From: Eledone cirrhosa
Lineage: Eukaryota
Assembly: GCA_964016885.1 (NCBI GenBank)
Contig: OZ024750.1
Coordinates: 45,322,001 to 45,386,000 of the forward strand
Length of the DNA: 64,000 bases
Reading direction: 5' to 3'
In this document: positions 62,388 through 64,000 of the stretch, piece by piece
How positions within the stretch are numbered: position 1 is the stretch's first letter
Layout: every line of letters begins with the position of its first letter
Program-made: the position numbers and the translations under genes
The notes under the pieces: generated by a model
Databases searched by the model: none
The model's input: only the letters and a program-made list of their open reading frames with translations
Told to the model about the DNA's origin: nothing

Positions 62388-63612
62388 ACACCACCGCCCC
62401 TCCAGCACCACCACTACCAACCCCTCCACCACCACCACTGCCAACCCCTCCGCCACCACCACTAACAACCTTCCGCCACCACCACTACCAACCCCTGCAC
62501 CACCACCACTGCCAACCCCTCCGCCACCACCACTGACAACCCCCACTACCCCCTACACCCACCTCCACCACAACCAACCCCTCCACCACCACCACTGCCA
62601 ACCCCTCCGCCACCACCACTGACAACCCCTCCGCCACCACCACTGTCAACCCCTCCACCACCACCACTACCAACCCCTCCGCCACCACCACAACCAACCC
62701 CTCCGCCACCACCACTACTAACCTCTCCTCCACCACTACTGTCAACCCCTCCACCAGCACTACCAACCTCTCCGCCACCACCACAGCCAACCGCTCCGCC
62801 ACCACCACTTCCAACCCCTCCGCCACCACCACTACCAACCTCTCCTCCACCACCACAGCCAACCCCTCCACCACCACCACTACCAACAACACTAACAAGC
62901 CCATCATCACCGCCTAAACCACCACCAATAAAACCAATAACACACCGCACTACCACCACCACACCACCATCACCATCACCACCAACACCAACACCAAGAC
63001 AAGCATCACTAACACACACACCACCTCACACTCACCAACACCATCACCCCGACCACCACCACTAACAACAATACCACCGCCATCACCACCACCACCACCA
63101 CAACCACCAACGCTACCACCGCCAGCACCACCGTCACCACTACCACCACCACCACCATTACCACAACCAACACTACCACCACCAACACCACAACCATTAC
63201 CACCACTATACCACCACCACCAACGCTACCACCACCACTACCAACAATACCACCACCATCACAACCAACACCACCACCACCACCAACACTACCACCAACA
63301 CCACCAACACTACCACCACAAGCACCACCACCACTACGACGACCACCACCACCAACACCACCAACACTACCACCACCAACACCACCACCACCACCAACAC
63401 CACCAACACCACCACCACCAACACCACCAACACTACCACCACCAACACCACCAACACTACCACCACCAGCACCACCACCACCACTACGACGACGACCACC
63501 ACCAACAACACCAACACTACAGCCACAAGCACCAAGACTACAAAGACGACCACCACCACCAACACCACCAGCACTGCCACCACCAACACCACCACCACCA
63601 CCACCACCATTA
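62388..63612. repeat. 24-bp minisatellite (ACCAACCCCTCCGCCACCACCACT) and (CAC/CAA)n tract
   Basis: Directly visible. Confidence 0.92.
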
Positions 63613-64000
63613 CAATTATCACTAATACTTCCACTACAATGCAACGTTACAAAACATACAACTATACACCAAACAAACAAACATACAAACATAGAAACAC
63701 GCTCTGTTTAATTTACTCTAAGGAAATTACGGTATGTCGATTAAAAATCTCAAATTTAGTGAAGACTGATACACAGTTTCCGCCATTATATTTATACATG
63801 TCTTTTAAATCATTGGCTTAACGGCTCATTTGATTTCCTGCAATTGTATTTCAGATGTTGAGAAATCCGGTGTTTTTAAAGACAGTTTAATATATCTATT
63901 TATCGAGAATTATTATAAATCTTACTTCTTAGATCTCCTAATAGGTCTATGTTAACATATTGTATTTAACGCGGAATTCCTGTAAATCTGTTGGATATGT

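Overview
Gene-free, AT-rich animal DNA that is very rich in microsatellites. The tRNA-derived SINE family and the density of (TA)n repeats suggest an octopus or other cephalopod, but that is an inference. No host protein-coding gene could be supported, and most ORFs in the track are translations of simple repeats. The window holds three Penelope-like retroelements (PLEs): a Neptune-like copy with a 1.1 kb inverted 3' duplication, a near-complete Naiad-type copy with hammerhead-bearing terminal repeats, and a Naiad-type 3' fragment. It also holds a near-complete R4/Dong-type LINE, a full-length Tx1/L1-clade LINE in (AAT)n, RTE fragments and about 20 SINEs. Highlights: (1) the Naiad fragment has a single in-frame TGA exactly at a conserved zinc-binding Cys, with a SECIS-like hairpin downstream, making it a candidate selenoprotein retroelement; (2) there are several hammerhead ribozyme motifs, including an intact type I hammerhead inside a 479-nt non-coding unit whose ends look copied from a circular or tandem RNA (retrozyme-like); (3) there is a chimeric Dong/Tx1 junction, and an unclassified non-coding repeat occurs twice. 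All RNA folds were done by eye and boundaries are approximate.
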